In this document: positions 12,501 through 24,409 of the stretch, piece by piece
Numbering within the stretch: the stretch's first letter is position 1
Layout: every line of letters starts with the position of its first letter
DNA from: Flaccisagitta enflata
Lineage: Eukaryota
NCBI GenBank assembly: GCA_965153355.1
Contig: OZ231126.1
Coordinates: forward strand, 18,600,001-18,664,000
DNA: 64,000 nt
Direction: 5' to 3'
Position numbers and translations under genes: made by a program
The notes under the pieces: generated by a model
Told to the model about the DNA's origin: nothing
The model's input: the letters and a program-made list of their open reading frames with translations, nothing else
Databases searched by the model: none

Positions 12501-13339
12501 GCCGCGTCATGACGACTTGTATGGGCAAAGCCTCTCGGACGCTGTCCAAAATGCGAGGCGTCGATTTATACTCCACCATGCCTGGTCCACGATACAACGC
12601 TTCATCGGGGGAAATCCTCGCCTTTATCGTCCAATTTGACAGTAATCAATCATTCAGTCGTTCGTACGCTCAAATCGACGCCTTCCGCGAAAAAGTGGAG
12701 AACTGGACTAAAACGGAAATGGGCTCAGCGCCGCCGGGATTACGCGCTGGTTGGTTCGTCTCTTACTTGGATTTCTACGCGTTGCAAGAGTCGTTATTAT
12801 GGGGAACGAGAGACTCGATCCTTATCGCCTTGGCCGTGGTTTTTTTCGTCATGGTCGTCGCCACTGCTAGTCTCCGCGTTGCTTTCTTCGCTCTCGTCAC
12901 CATCGCGGCCATCATCCTCGTCACGTCGGCAGTGTTGGTCGGCGCCGGTTGGGAATTAAACGTGTTGGAAAGCGTTACCTTGACGGTGGGCATCGGATTG
13001 GCGATCGATACGACGTTGCATTACGCCGTCGCATTCCGTTTGCAGCAGCCGGCGTCGTTAGGAGGCGACGCGGCGTCGCAGCGACGGGAAGCCGTGAGAT
13101 TGACGCTAACGACGATGACACCGGCGGTGTCGTTGGCCGTGTTTACCACGGCGCTCGCCGGGGCGTTAATGACGCCAGCCTCGGTGCTAGCCTATGTTCA
13201 GTTGGGAATATTTCTCGTGCTCATAATGGTGACGTCTTGGGTGTTTGGCACGTTCTTCTTTCTAAGCTTGTTACGATATTTTGGAACCGTTCACAAACCA
13301 TCTCAACCCTGGCGGTCGAGTCTTTGTGTGAGATTTTGA
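9542..13339 (+). CDS. disp: Protein Dispatched (RND/sterol-sensing-domain 12-TM Hedgehog release factor), single coding exon, ~1265 aa
   Basis: 1+5 / 1+5 TM layout with two Cys-rich extracellular loops (CCRSWSLGNYVA; QLSNCFLERFVDWM..C..PCC). Also FPFMNLL, TM4 GVGTDD and TM10 GLAIDTTLHY (GxxxD motifs), WELNVLES, and a basic furin-type site RRRKRR in loop 1. First in-frame ATG at 9542. Confidence 0.92.
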   Translation: MDTTSRDIRNIDVNDKQNNARAEANAQTTLQSSMTEKSPLASTFSEKDRRKPSSRPIMSSTDDDVIIDPADESYPAPCSSSSTADDPFEDAFLNDAASSSEGGRTSKSGSSRSCALRFFGGYASCLIRFPYLILFFVVFLSSILVLVAFLVGSAPDFDNPGEGFAPRYSDLSKRLNTWSLIAEKSGLQNVLAYYPQSEEERRRQAMREETEVVDEEVEEDEAKYKDVRRRKRRYTKRHSKNDHRRRGKSGGNKKPSQPYFCDIPRPNYAHLSMSCRGDSLSHHQQRRCDLLTLSAIRTSCSMESAVTRQRQFSDICLTQPRRRRRCCRSWSLGNYVAKMANKPSCESLDEDDLERVKDKLKRCAPSFIDGGLTEDCWDDEDQLQPWCRKLPRECVSDHYVFYFFQYIAEANFSARLAVYATNSSSSSSSSSSSSSSSSSSSSSSSSSSSSSPLRDDIGLNYPTLNHALTFFPITTGLLSEPIYSNISTNDLWRDDVEISSFQFGLKTLIFDESVKRDAAYLSAALLAVFLVTWIYTKSILLTFFSMLQIILSLGVSYFVYTVVFGIQVFPFMNLLTIVILLGVGTDDTFVFVTLWTKFQLYNQQSRRIDDDPISITTAAATAAAATNVSAGRFSSTSTSSPVVERAEKEEEDNDAQRADIMENVTGSKKRTSTEEDDEETFDNSDLKSRPPSSMLAKDMPVEWHHRLSLALRHSFLSMFATSFTTSAAFMASFFASDIVAVRTFSLFAAVSVMANLFFTLTVLPSVALLHLRYFSTYSFFNNAWLSSLKWVRRFSSLLLRFKTRCLAFFLRLVSRFGFVSLTILTIIVGASVVVVFVTPGLSLPSSANFQVFPRSNLMEKYDMEMKSKFRFAMMNEEEAAAVQRMPLTFVWGVLPASNGVYWDTFDLGHLEFDPEFDLLAPRSQKWMLQFCRNLRKQPFYGSNFEGLQLSNCFLERFVDWMKSPCENPITGDDLQPCCNETSFPYSRRVMTTCMGKASRTLSKMRGVDLYSTMPGPRYNASSGEILAFIVQFDSNQSFSRSYAQIDAFREKVENWTKTEMGSAPPGLRAGWFVSYLDFYALQESLLWGTRDSILIALAVVFFVMVVATASLRVAFFALVTIAAIILVTSAVLVGAGWELNVLESVTLTVGIGLAIDTTLHYAVAFRLQQPASLGGDAASQRREAVRLTLTTMTPAVSLAVFTTALAGALMTPASVLAYVQLGIFLVLIMVTSWVFGTFFFLSLLRYFGTVHKPSQPWRSSLCVRF
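10808..10894 (+). repeat. (TCT)29 coding trinucleotide repeat (poly-Ser) inside dispatched
   Basis: 87-nt pure TCT run, in frame. Confidence 0.95.
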
Positions 13340-13583
13340 TTTGATGTTATTGTTTTTCGGTTTGTTTTTTTTTTTTTTACATGTACCTCGAATGCATTTA
13401 TTGATTTCCCAAATAACCATATATATATTGCTCCTTCAACGGTACTGTTTTTTACATAGATATTCGCGAAAATACAATCTTAATTAAATTTTTATCTTTT
13501 TATTATTGTCTATTTTTCAGTTGTTGCTGTCTCCTGACCGTCTCCATTAACCCAAGGTTGAGTGTGTACCGTATGCAGACTAC

Positions 13584-13628
<45 letters not shown>

Positions 13629-13964
13629 TGGACAGACAGAGGGGTTAAGTGAGACACGATCAGACCTCTATGAGACGTTCAGAGTATACTGTCAGACTCT
13701 AATTTCAAAAATCTTTTTTTGCATATTGCAGTCAGTGAATAATCCTCTCAGACCTGATGTTAAAGAAATAATTCTTAACGAATTTAAAGCAGATCAATCA
13801 TCAAAAGTGAGGTGCAAAAAATTTGAAAAGTAATAAACACGGAAGAGATGTTATATTTTTATTAAACGCTACAAAATTATCTCGGATCCAAGATAGCTAG
13901 TTTAATCGAGGTTAAGGATATATCTTTAAAAAATCGAGACAGATCGACACCTGCTCGCATTAAA

Positions 13965-15913
13965 AACAAGGCCAACACCTATACGTCGCGTGCCAGACTT
14001 GTGATACTCGTGACACAATGTTGGGACATTATGTTGGGACACAATGTCGGGACACAATATTGGGACACACTGTTGGGACACAATGTCGGGACACAATGTA
14101 GGGACACAATGTCGGGACACAATGTAGGGACACAATGTAGGGACACAATGTCGGGACACAATGTCAGGACACAATGTAGACATGTAAGGACACAATGTGA
14201 AGCACAATGTGGGACACAATGTAGGGACACAATGTTTGAACACAATGTGGACACAATGTAAAGGACACAATGTGGGACCTGTGTAAGGACACAATGTCAG
14301 GGGCACTTAGCATAGGGACACAATGTAGAGACACAATGTTAGGACACAATGGGACACAATGTGAGACACAATGGCGGACACAATAGTAGGACACAATGTC
14401 GAGGACACAATGACAGACACAATGCGGGACACAATGTCGGACACAATGCCAGGACACAATGTAGGGACACGATGTAGGGACACAATGTAGGACACAATGT
14501 AGGGACACAATGTAGAAACACAATGTCAGGACACAATGTTAGACACAATGTAAAGGACACAATGTGAGGACACATTGTGAGACACAATATGAGACACAAT
14601 GTAAGGGACACAATGTAGGAACACATGAGGACACAATATGAGGACACAATGAAGGGACACAATGTAGAGGACACATGTAAGGACACAATGTCCGGGACAA
14701 TGTGAGACACAATGTGGAGGACACAATGTGGAGGACACAATGTGGACACAATGTAAGACACAATGTAAGGACACAATGTAGAGATACAAGGTAGGGACAC
14801 AATGTCAGGACACAATGTCGACACAATGTCGGGACACAATATTCGGGACACAATGTCAGGACACAATGTCAGGACACAATGTAAGACACAATGTGAGACA
14901 CAATGTGAGGACACAATGTAGGAGACACAATGTTAGGACATAATATTGAGGAAACAATGTAGAGGACACAATGTGAGACACAATGTCAGGACACAATGTC
15001 GGGACACCATGTCGGGACACAATGTTAGGACACAATGTAAGGACACAATGTAGGGACAATGTAAGGACACAATATGGGACACAATTTAGGGACACAATGT
15101 AGGGACACAATGTAGGACATAATGTAGGGACACAATGTTGGGACACAATGTTGGGACACAATGTAGGGACACAATGTTGGGACACAATGTTGGGACACAA
15201 TGTTAGGACACGATATAGGGACACAATGTAAAGGACATAATGTAAGACACAATGTCAGGACACAATGTAGGGACACAATGTGAACACAATAGGAGACAAT
15301 GTAGGGACACAATGTAGGGACACAATGTTGGGACACAATGTCGGACACAATGTCGGGACACAATGTCGGGACACAATGTAGGACACAATGTCGGGACACA
15401 TGGCAGGACACAATGTAGGGACACAATATAGGGACTCAATGTCAGGACACAATGTAAGGACACAATGTCGGGACACAATGTAGGGACACAATGTGGGACA
15501 CAATGTAGGGACACAAGGGATTCAATGTAGGGATTGTAGATGACAATGACACAAATGTAGGGACACAATGTTGGGACACAATGTAGGGACACAATGTAGG
15601 GACACAATGTCAGGACACAATGTCGGGACACAATGTCGGGACACAATGTCGGGACACAATGTAGGGACACAATGTAGGGACACAATGCCCAAAAACGACA
15701 CATATGACTTAAATGAAGAAAGTGATTTAAATGATCAAAAATGACCAAAAATGACTAAAAGCAACCAAAAATGACCAAAAACAACAAAAAAATGACTCAA
15801 AATAACTCCAGATAACCCAAAATGACCAAAAACAACACAAAAAAGCTAAGTGTTACGGACTGGCCGACCGACCGACGGAGCGGGTTGTAGAGTCGCGTGC
15901 ACGCGACTAAAAA
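13965..15913 (+). mobile_element. Helentron/DINE-like element carrying an expanded central tandem repeat
   Basis: Family-A 5' end AACAAGGCC at 13965; 3' (GACC)n tract and perfect palindrome AGTCGCGTGCACGCGACT plus AAAAA at 15891-15913. Confidence 0.7.
14012..15687. repeat. Minisatellite, ~13-16-bp unit with core GGACACAATGT
   Basis: More than 100 degenerate tandem copies seen directly. Confidence 0.95.
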
Positions 15914-17027
15914 CCTACTCGCATAGAGTTATAATCTGCGTCACGGAAGCTTTCCTCGCTCTGAAAACGATATGGTCCCGCGACGGAATACTGCCATTTG
16001 ATCGCTATGATTATTTGAGGCTCCCCAGCGGAGAACACACCAGTTTCAAAAAAGAGGTAGTTTCAAGGTAGGGGGAAGATCAATAGATCATCCCAACGAA
16101 ATCGTTATTTTAGACTGGCAGGTCCGGACTAACTCTCATTTTCTCTAATTAGCGCCCTGGGGCTTATAATATAGGACAAAGAAAATTATCCATTTTGCAT
16201 TTTATTAGCGCCCTTTATGATTTAGGAATACTTGCCCAGCTGGAGTTTTTTGCTATGAATAATTCCTGAAATACCAGAAGTACCAGAAATAAAGGATTAA
16301 ATGAAGTTTTCTTGTAATATTTCTTGCTTGTTTTCTGTGTCAGCGCTGAAGACGACCCTAAGAAAAGCTAGAAGCCTAGTCTTTTAATTTCAAAAGATCA
16401 TTTGCAGCTAGCTTTCAACATGCTACAAAATATTGTCATGCAAAAAGAAAGGCGTTAATTGGAGGAAGGGGCGAAAAATGGAAAAATCTGGCAAAAAGAA
16501 TTCCATCACGATGGACAGACAGACCTGCATCTTATAACAAGTATATTGCGCTCAAACTCAGGTAAGTATGGACTATGGAGCTGGTTTAAGCGATTGCCTT
16601 ACTAACTGTCGTGAGAGGTTGCACATCTACCATATTTTTTTCACTTATCGCCCCCCCCCCCCTTCTTCCTACTTCTCAGAACAGTGATTCGTTGTAAATT
16701 AATTGAGAGGCTTTTGATTTTTTAGTGCCCTTTTCAGAGATTACATGGATTATAGGCATAAAAAAATAACACGCATATACTTCAATTATAATATTTACTA
16801 TTTCAATTAGCATTCAATGAAAAAAACACTAGATTACAAAGAATTTTCAAATCTAATGTGGCTGAGCCGTGGTAGTAACGCCACCTAAATGCGGACACAC
16901 TCTCGTTTAGCCACCCACTAAAAATTCGTTTGCAGTAAAAAATGAAATCTCTTTGGAGCCTAGAGGCAGGGCGACCACACTCACCATTCTCACTGAGAAT
17001 GGCATTCTCAGTCTCATTAATAATCTA

Positions 17028-17604
17028 CAGTGGGGTTCATGGAATAACAGCCTAAACTGGAGGAAGGTATTTAAGTGTCTTAATTTCATTTGATAAACTT
17101 GATATTTGAAATATAAGTGGTTCAATTAATAGTTGTGTCCCTGAGTTTTTCAGTTGCTATGGAAACCAAAGTTCTTTTTTTGAGCCTTGATAACTGCAAG
17201 AATATCAATATTTGGACAGATATGATAGGGGAACATTGTTCAAAAATAATTTCACTACAACTTTCCCACAGTATGTTCTGTAAGAATCTTGCTAGTTTGG
17301 CCGTTGCTAGGGAGTATCACACAAAGCAACCAGTAAATAATGCTCCGTAGCAACAGCCAAATAAACGATATTCTTATAGGACTTAATTTTGAATAATGTT
17401 CCCTGATCATATCTGTCAAAATATTGATATTTTAGCAGTTATGACTATTCAAAAAAATAATTTTGGCTCCCATAGCAACCGAAAAACTCAGGGACACAAG
17501 CATTAATGGAACAAACAATATTTCAAATATCAAATCTGTCAAATGAAATAAGGACACTGAAATACCTTCCTCCAGGTTAGGCTGTTGTTCCACGAACCCC
17601 ACTA
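17028..17604. mobile_element. Tc1/mariner-pogo-type MITE with long imperfect inverted arms
   Basis: TA-CAGTGGGGTTCATGGAATAACAGCCTAA ... TTAGGCTGTTGTTCCACGAACCCCACTa-TA. Its interior is related to the MITEs at 25841 and 52057. Confidence 0.75.
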
Positions 17605-17690
17605 TACGCCAGGCGTTATCTTTTCTGTTGATTAGCGGCAAGACAAATCGGTTTGAGATCAAAGTAACTCGAACCATGCAACCATTCAAT

Positions 17691-18296
17691 CACGAAAATT
17701 GTGCCAAAGTTAAAATCATTTCCACTGAAGCACGACGTTGTGCTTCAGTGGATTGAAGACTTACTAGTGCTCTCTGCAATTTGAGCTTCAATAAAGTTGG
17801 TAATTACTGATTTTTTTCATTTTAGCACAGATAGTCAAAGTATTCTTCATTTACTTTTATCTGAAGAAATCATCTCCTTTCATTTTACCTCTTACCTTTT
17901 CTCTTAAAATATAGTTATACATCTATCAAGTTTTTATCACAGTAAAAACTTTAAGTGGGAAAACTCTTTTTTTTTTCATAAAAACATACATTCATGTGAT
18001 GGGAAAAAATTTTTGTTATAAAAACAAAACTTTAAAAAGAGAAAAAAGAATTAGGAAAATTTTTCCAAAGACAAGAATCTATGACAAAAAGAAAAACTAT
18101 TATTATTTGAGTGAGAGAAATAAAAAAATTTTAATTGCACTGAAATGAATTGTTGTGACCAATCAAAGAAAAACTGGATTGACTTTTTATTTCATTGCAA
18201 TATGAAAAGAGGTTATGAGTCAATTCCACTGAAGCACGAAGTCGTGCTTCAGTGGAATGGGGCCCTACTGGCCTCATTTCCAGCTCAAAGTTCGTG
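17691..18296. mobile_element. CACG...CGTG-ended non-autonomous element with internal palindromes; second, inverted copy at ~35575-38052 filled with nested repeats
   Basis: Ends AT-CACGAA...TTCGTG-AT in both copies. TCCACTGAAGCACGA.GT.GTGCTTCAGTGGA palindromes occur near both ends. Confidence 0.6.
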
Positions 18297-18389
18297 ATTC
18301 AGTGACTAGCTCACTCGAACTACTCAACCTGATGAATGTTGTGGGTGGGGTGGGTGACAAACTGTGTGGACTAGTCATGATGTACTGTT

Positions 18390-18423
18390 TATAAATCTCA
18401 TCAGTAATCCCGCTGTTTCAGTC
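18390..18423 (+). promoter_or_regulatory. Candidate TATA plus initiator core promoter upstream of the tetraspanin
   Basis: TATAAAT at 18390-18396 and TCAGTC at 18418-18423; the initiator A (18420) lies 30 nt after the first T of TATA. Unique, CG-richer leader-like sequence follows. Confidence 0.5.
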
Positions 18424-19229
18424 GGTCCTGCAGACCACAATCGATGACTTGACCACCAACTGTTTACTTCCCGCGAGAACGAAGCAATACCAATCCAAGA
18501 TCAGAAGATGGATTGATGGAACCAAAGAAGATGCCAAAACAAAGCTGGAATCGACTCTGCAGCCGCAGCGTCGCAGCATCGTTGCGTTTGAGTCTCATGT
18601 AGCTTACGTCACCGCCTTATTTGGGCAGGACGACGACAAACCAATAACGGAACAGCGAGTCCTCGAGTTCTTTTCAAAGACGCTTCCCCTTTTCAGTGTC
18701 ATTTCCTCGTCCAACGACAATACAAACAGAATCCTCGTGCGAAAACCCATCTAACCAGTTCTGATCCTCTCGATGGCTCATCTCCAGCAGATCTACTGAA
18801 GAAAAAACACGACCAATCACAAAATGAGCCAATGAGACATTCCTTTCCTTTGTTTCTCTACATGATCGTGACGTACCTGATGAAATACAAAAAATTACAC
18901 CTTACTGCTTCCCACAAAATTGCGTGCTCATCTTTTTTGCATCAATAATTCCTGGTCGCCATTTCTGGAGCCATCAGCTCTCTCAACTTCATTGGAACGA
19001 AATCGAAAAATACTCGCACCAGAAAGAAGAACTGGTATTTTTCCCCTCAGAATTTCGATTTCATTCCGTTATCTTTCTCAAACACACGCATACTAAGTTG
19101 AAGAAAAACAACGAATTGATCTCATTCTTTGAAAGCAAAGACAGACATTAGCATCACTCAAACTTCCTTGAAAACAAAAAGCTTTCGCTGTTCTATTCTA
19201 TTACCTCAAAAAAACAGTTAAAACTCAGG

Positions 19230-19884
19230 ATGAAGGGGTGCATGTCATGCATCAAGTATTGCTTCTTTTTCTTCAACTTCCTGTTTTGGGTATTGGGCGC
19301 GTTGGGTTTGGGGGTGGGAATCTGGGCCGTTGTTGATGCCGGATTCGAGACCCAAGTGAAAGATGCCCTCGCCTCCGTGGATGATCTCAACATTTTAGCC
19401 CTTAAGCAGGTAATAATGATGGTTATTTTTTTCTGTTGCAACGATCTATTTGTGGAGGCACAACTGTACATGACCACCCCTCGATTGATCTGCTTATCGA
19501 TTAGCACAATTGTTTGTCTGTCTGTCTGTCTTTCTTTGTCTTTCTTTCTGTCTGTCTTTGTCTGTCTGTCTGTCTGTCTGTCTTTTTTCTTTTTTCTTTA
19601 TTCTTTTTCTTCCTTTTTTCTTTTTTCTTTTTCTTCTCTCTTCTTTTCTTCTTCTCGTCTTCCTTCTTCTTCCTTTTCTTGTCTTTTTTCCTTTTTTCCT
19701 TCTTTCTTTTTTCTTCTTTCTTCTCTTCTTCTCTTCTTCTCTTCTTTTCTTCTTCTCCTCTTCCTTCTTCTTCCTTTTCTTTTTTCCTTTTTCCTTTTTT
19801 CTTCTTTCTTTTTCCTTTTTCCTTTTTTCTTCTTTCTTTTTCCTTTTTTCTTTTTTCTTCTTTCTTTTTTCATCTCTTCTTTTC

Positions 19885-19973
<89 letters not shown>

Positions 19974-22392
19974 ATACTCCATTCCGAAATCCCAGGCGGC
20001 GTACCTCATGATCATCGCTGGCGCCATAATGATGGTCATCGGTTTCTTCGGCTGCTTTGGCGCCATTCGTGAGAGTCAATGCTTGTTGATTGGATTCTTC
20101 GTGTTGCTTCTGCTCGTCCTCACTCTCTGCATCGCGATCATCGCCATCGTCTTCGCGAATCCTCACTTGACTGATAGTGTTGCAAAACCGGTAAGGTTAA
20201 AAGACAAGATTGTACAGAGAAATCTAGACTGTATTTTTTCCTTGAAAAGCACATTTAAAGATGGTTCGTAAAGCAATAGTAAACTAGTACTCAAACACTC
20301 GTCACTTTTTCGCCTTTCCCCTCTAAAGATATTTGACAGGATGGTAGCGTCGTATGCTCCGAACAACAATAGCTCACTCGACCTCATCCAAAAGACCCTC
20401 AAATGCTGCGGCGCGGAGGGGCCCGAAGACTTCACAAAGCAATCAAAGGCTGTTCCCGCAACATGCAACGGTAAAATGTCAATACTGAGACTTAATGAAT
20501 TTATCAGATGCCTGAAAACAATTCATTTCTTAAGCAGTGAAAAAGAGCGAGCTATCTGTGACACCGACCTACGCTCTCGATGCGCCACATTTCTCTCCTC
20601 TTTACAAGGGGGTGTATAAAATTGAATCGCTTCCCTCCCCCCTTGATTTTCCTCCCTGCGACACGCGTTACAAAATCAAGGATTGACCCATAAAGCAATA
20701 AAACAGAATATTTTAGGTTTCAATAATGTTAAATCATGTTGTACTATTCAGGTTGTATGATTTAGTACTGCCAAAAATATTTTTTTGCCACATCGAGATA
20801 TTTCTCGATGTGGGCTACCACATAGCCTCGATCGGGTAGTAAGCCGTTGTCGTCCTTGTTTGTGTCAACCCTTAAAAACTTGAAAACCATAACTCAGATG
20901 TTGATGAAACTTGGTCAGTGTTATTTTTAGGGTATTACTAACCTGTTTACCAAATTTAAACAACATTCATAAATATTTAATACCCTTTGCCTTTTTTTTT
21001 TGTAGTAATATTTATTCTTGAACTTGTGCAATTTACATAGGAGAAGAGTAGGAAAGGTTCACCAATCACCAATGTTGTCCAAACTTGTTGTGAAGGGTTA
21101 TTGCATCAATAAAAGCTCCTCTGCAAGATTTCAGATAATTCTGAGTATCAGTTTAAAGGATATTAGGGTATTTTGCTAGTAATAATAATTCCTGGACTAC
21201 TGCAATTTACAATGGGGAAGGGTAGTAATTAGTAAAGGTTCACCAGTGTTGTTCAAACTTGTTGTGAAGGTTCATTGCAGCAATTAAAGCTCCCCTGCAA
21301 GATTTCAGTAAATTCTGAGTATTGGTTAAGAAGATATAAGGGTATTAGTCCAGTAACATTATTTCCTAGACTTGATTTTTTTTTTAAATTTAAAAAAAAA
21401 AAAAAATTTTGAATTTTTTTTTTTTTTTTTTTTTGTGAAAAATTTTGTGGTTATTATTTTTTATTGTTATGCTATCATGGACTTCCAGGTATGCCATCAT
21501 AAGCTTCCAGGTATGCCATCATGGACTTCCAGGTATGCCATTATGGACTTCCAGGTATACCATCATGGACTCCCAGGTCTGATGGAGTAGCGGGGTCTGA
21601 GGGAGTGGCCGGGTCTGAGGGCGTAGCCGGGTCTGATCGAGTAGCTGGGTCTGATCGAGTAGCCGGGTCTGATGGAGCAGCCGGGTCTGATCGAGAAGCT
21701 AGGTCTGATTGAGTAGCCGAGTTTATTTTCACTTAAGTAACCACGATACGGCCTTAATTTTACAGCTTTTTCCATAAACTTTCTTTTTCTCTCTCCCCCC
21801 CCCCCCCTCTTCCCCAAGTCCCCATCTCCTAACTCCTCGATTACACAATTTTGTACAGGCCTGCTATTAACCATTCGCTAGAGCATTGAGATAGGGCTGA
21901 GGATATAACCTATCCATACTCAATATTACTGGTATAACCTGCACTTTTTGCTTTCGCCATGACAGATTACAAGGAAGGTTGCGTCCACGCTTTACATACA
22001 CGACTTGAGAACTCTTTCGAACAATATCCGGTTGAGGTGAGTCGCGTGCAGGGATGACGAAAGAACAAACGTCAGCCCAGTATTGCTGAGACGGACTGAC
22101 CGTCAGGGCGCATAAAGCAAGTTAGAGAACAACATCACATGCGCCGGAGGATAATCTGACTATTCATGAATATATGTTAATTTGGCAAATTCGCCTCAAA
22201 GCGTTAACTTCATTGACGAAAAAGTTGCTTCCATCACAAATTCCCCTATTTCATTTGACTTCCATCATGCAGACTGGAGCTGTTACGGCGGCGATTTTGG
22301 TCATCATCGTTATCGGAATGGTTCTTTCCTTGACACTCTGTTGCGTCATCCGGCAAAGCTATCAGCCGGATCGAGACTTCAAGGTGGTTTAA
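19230..22392 (+). CDS. Tetraspanin (CD9/CD81/TSPAN8-like, 4-Cys large loop), 235 aa, 5 exons
   Basis: Exons 19230-19409, 19996-20190, 20329-20470, 21966-22036 and 22273-22392; all GT-AG and phase-consistent. Motifs: CIKY..FFFNFLFW, GFFGCFGAIRESQCLL, CCG, PATC, EGC, TM4 then CCVIR. Confidence 0.92.
19511..19969. repeat. Pyrimidine-rich low-complexity tract ending in (CT)n, tetraspanin intron 1
   Basis: Almost only C/T on the + strand. Confidence 0.9.
20780..21760. repeat. Interspersed element in tetraspanin intron 3 with a terminal hairpin and 21-bp and 18-bp tandem repeats
   Basis: Hairpin CCACATCGAGA-tatt-TCTCGATGTGG near 20787. Units CCATCATGGACTTCCAGGTATG (~21470-21575) and GGGTCTGATCGAGTAGCC (~21575-21720). 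Confidence 0.6.
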
Positions 22393-23464
22393 AAGCGAAG
22401 AATCTCGATACAGAACAATTTGGGCTTAATATGTACATACGATCTGTATAAATTGCCATCTTTCATTAGCTTTTAGCGCACACCATGTACAGCAGATCGC
22501 GACTTTCTTATTGCAACAACATATCTCGTCATTATCATGGAGGCATTGATCAAATCCTTTTCTCTCCCTTTCGCGTTCATACAATGTGATTAAAAATTGT
22601 CCCTCTTTTGTAGCGATTAGCTTCAACACAATCATCCATCAACCTTATTTGCTGCACGCATGCAGAGGCATAGCTCCGTCTGAACAATATTGTCCCGTAC
22701 GATTTTCAAGGCGAGGCCACTTTACTTCTACTTCATAGTGTGCAATAGTTCCACGCTACGTTGGCAAATGTTCACTCTAAGAGGCACAAAGGGGTTGAAT
22801 AAACGTTTGTAATTGCATTCTCTACTTGCATCGACGGGGTTCATTACTGTAGCGAAAAAAATCCTAGTTTTGTTTACCACCCCTTTAACCTGTCTCCCCT
22901 GTCTACGGTCTACATGAAGTAATCCTTTGGGTCTAGGGTGCTCTTTGGGTCTAGGGTGCTCTTCAATCTGACGGAGAAATATCGATTTCCAGGCTGGCTT
23001 TGTTTTTTTTTTGTTCCCTGTGAGTTGAAATAAGTTGCATGTTGGCCCGTCGTGGAAATCCCCATTCACTAACTTTTTTGCTATCTGCCAGTACTCATTT
23101 GCTTATCATCCCATCGTCATTTGTCACAAACAATAAATACAAAACAAAAGTGAATCCCATTTTTGGGTAGATAGTAAATGTTCAATGAAAGATTCTTTTA
23201 GGAATCAGATAGTAGGCCAATCCTGAACACCCAAAATGATATACTAACATGGACCAACTTGACAGGTCTCGTTATTGACGAATTGCTTAAATTCAAAACA
23301 GGATTCCATAAGTCAAATAGCTAATTCTAGAGACTAGATCAAGGAATTATTTTTTACTAAAAATTACATAAAGCGACAAAGCACATACAAAAGTTTTATA
23401 TACATGCAAAATGACTAAAGGTGAGGACAAAACTGTCAGCGCGGTATATCTGGTACATGGAAGG

Positions 23465-24033
23465 CTAAGTGTTCCGCAGTTGCGCGAGCCGATCGCTGAG
23501 TTCGTCTTGTTGCACAGAAGCTGCTGTAGCCGTTCCTATGGTGCTGGTTTGAGCGCCCGGAAGTTGTTGATTCAAATCGATTCCGGCCTCTTCCGCCATT
23601 TGCTGCATTAAACCATCGACCTAATATGGGAAAATTCGGAAAAAAATGAAATAGTTAGTCAGTGAACAATCATTAAAACTCAGTACGATTAACAACCTCA
23701 ACCATGATGGAAACGAGAAGAAATAAAAGACACACAGTAATAGACAAGATACAGACGAACTCCGCAATAGCGGATGACAAATGACCAACTGATCTTTTTT
23801 GTTATTGGAAGGTTTGTATTGTTGCCGCTTAGGAATATATGAAGAATTGACATGAGCGGACCAAGACCCTGTTACAGCGGGGTGTAACACTGTAATAGCA
23901 GATAAGGTCGACCACACGGCCAAAAAGCAGTCGCTTGCGGGTGGGCAGGGGCAGTCATGCGGGAGGGCAGGGGCTTCAAACCAGTGATCAGGGGCTGCGC
24001 GATGAACTTTCGGACAAAGACACCCTCTTTAAA

Positions 24034-24097
<64 letters not shown>

Positions 24098-24353
24098 ATG
24101 ATCTAACACTTTTGGTAGTACCAAAAGGTAAACTACATTTACTACAACACAATTTAACACTAATTAAACCTAAAATATACTGTTTTATAGCTTTGAGGGG
24201 AAGAAAACCAAAGATTTTGTACCACGAGGCACATGTCATGAGGAAGAAAATCAAAAGGCAGAGGAATAAAATCAGCCGCTCATATACACCCTGCATGCGG
24301 GGGAGGCAGGAGACTTCAAACCAGTGATCAGGGGCTGAGCGATGAACTTTCGA

Positions 24354-24409
<56 letters not shown>

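Noticed and set aside
13325-13339. Dispatched C-terminus CVRF as a CaaX prenylation signal
   Set aside because: Arg at the a2 position is unfavourable, and there is no other support.
9729-13344. Alternative-frame and antisense ORFs overlapping dispatched (and similarly within 32899-45598)
   Set aside because: Expected shadow ORFs of long CG-rich coding exons.
13340-13500. Poly(A) or TSD evidence that dispatched is a retrocopy
   Set aside because: The downstream tract is T-rich on the sense strand; no A-tail or TSD seen.
13926-15748. Many Cys/His-rich 'HCVPTLCP' ORFs; also a superficial resemblance to a CRISPR array
   Set aside because: All frames of a 13-16-bp minisatellite; no unique spacers, eukaryotic context, no cas genes.
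19494-20166. Lys/Arg/Glu- or Phe/Ser/Leu-rich ORFs, including the 280-aa read-through of tetraspanin exon 1
   Set aside because: Low-complexity intron; the real exon ends at 19409.
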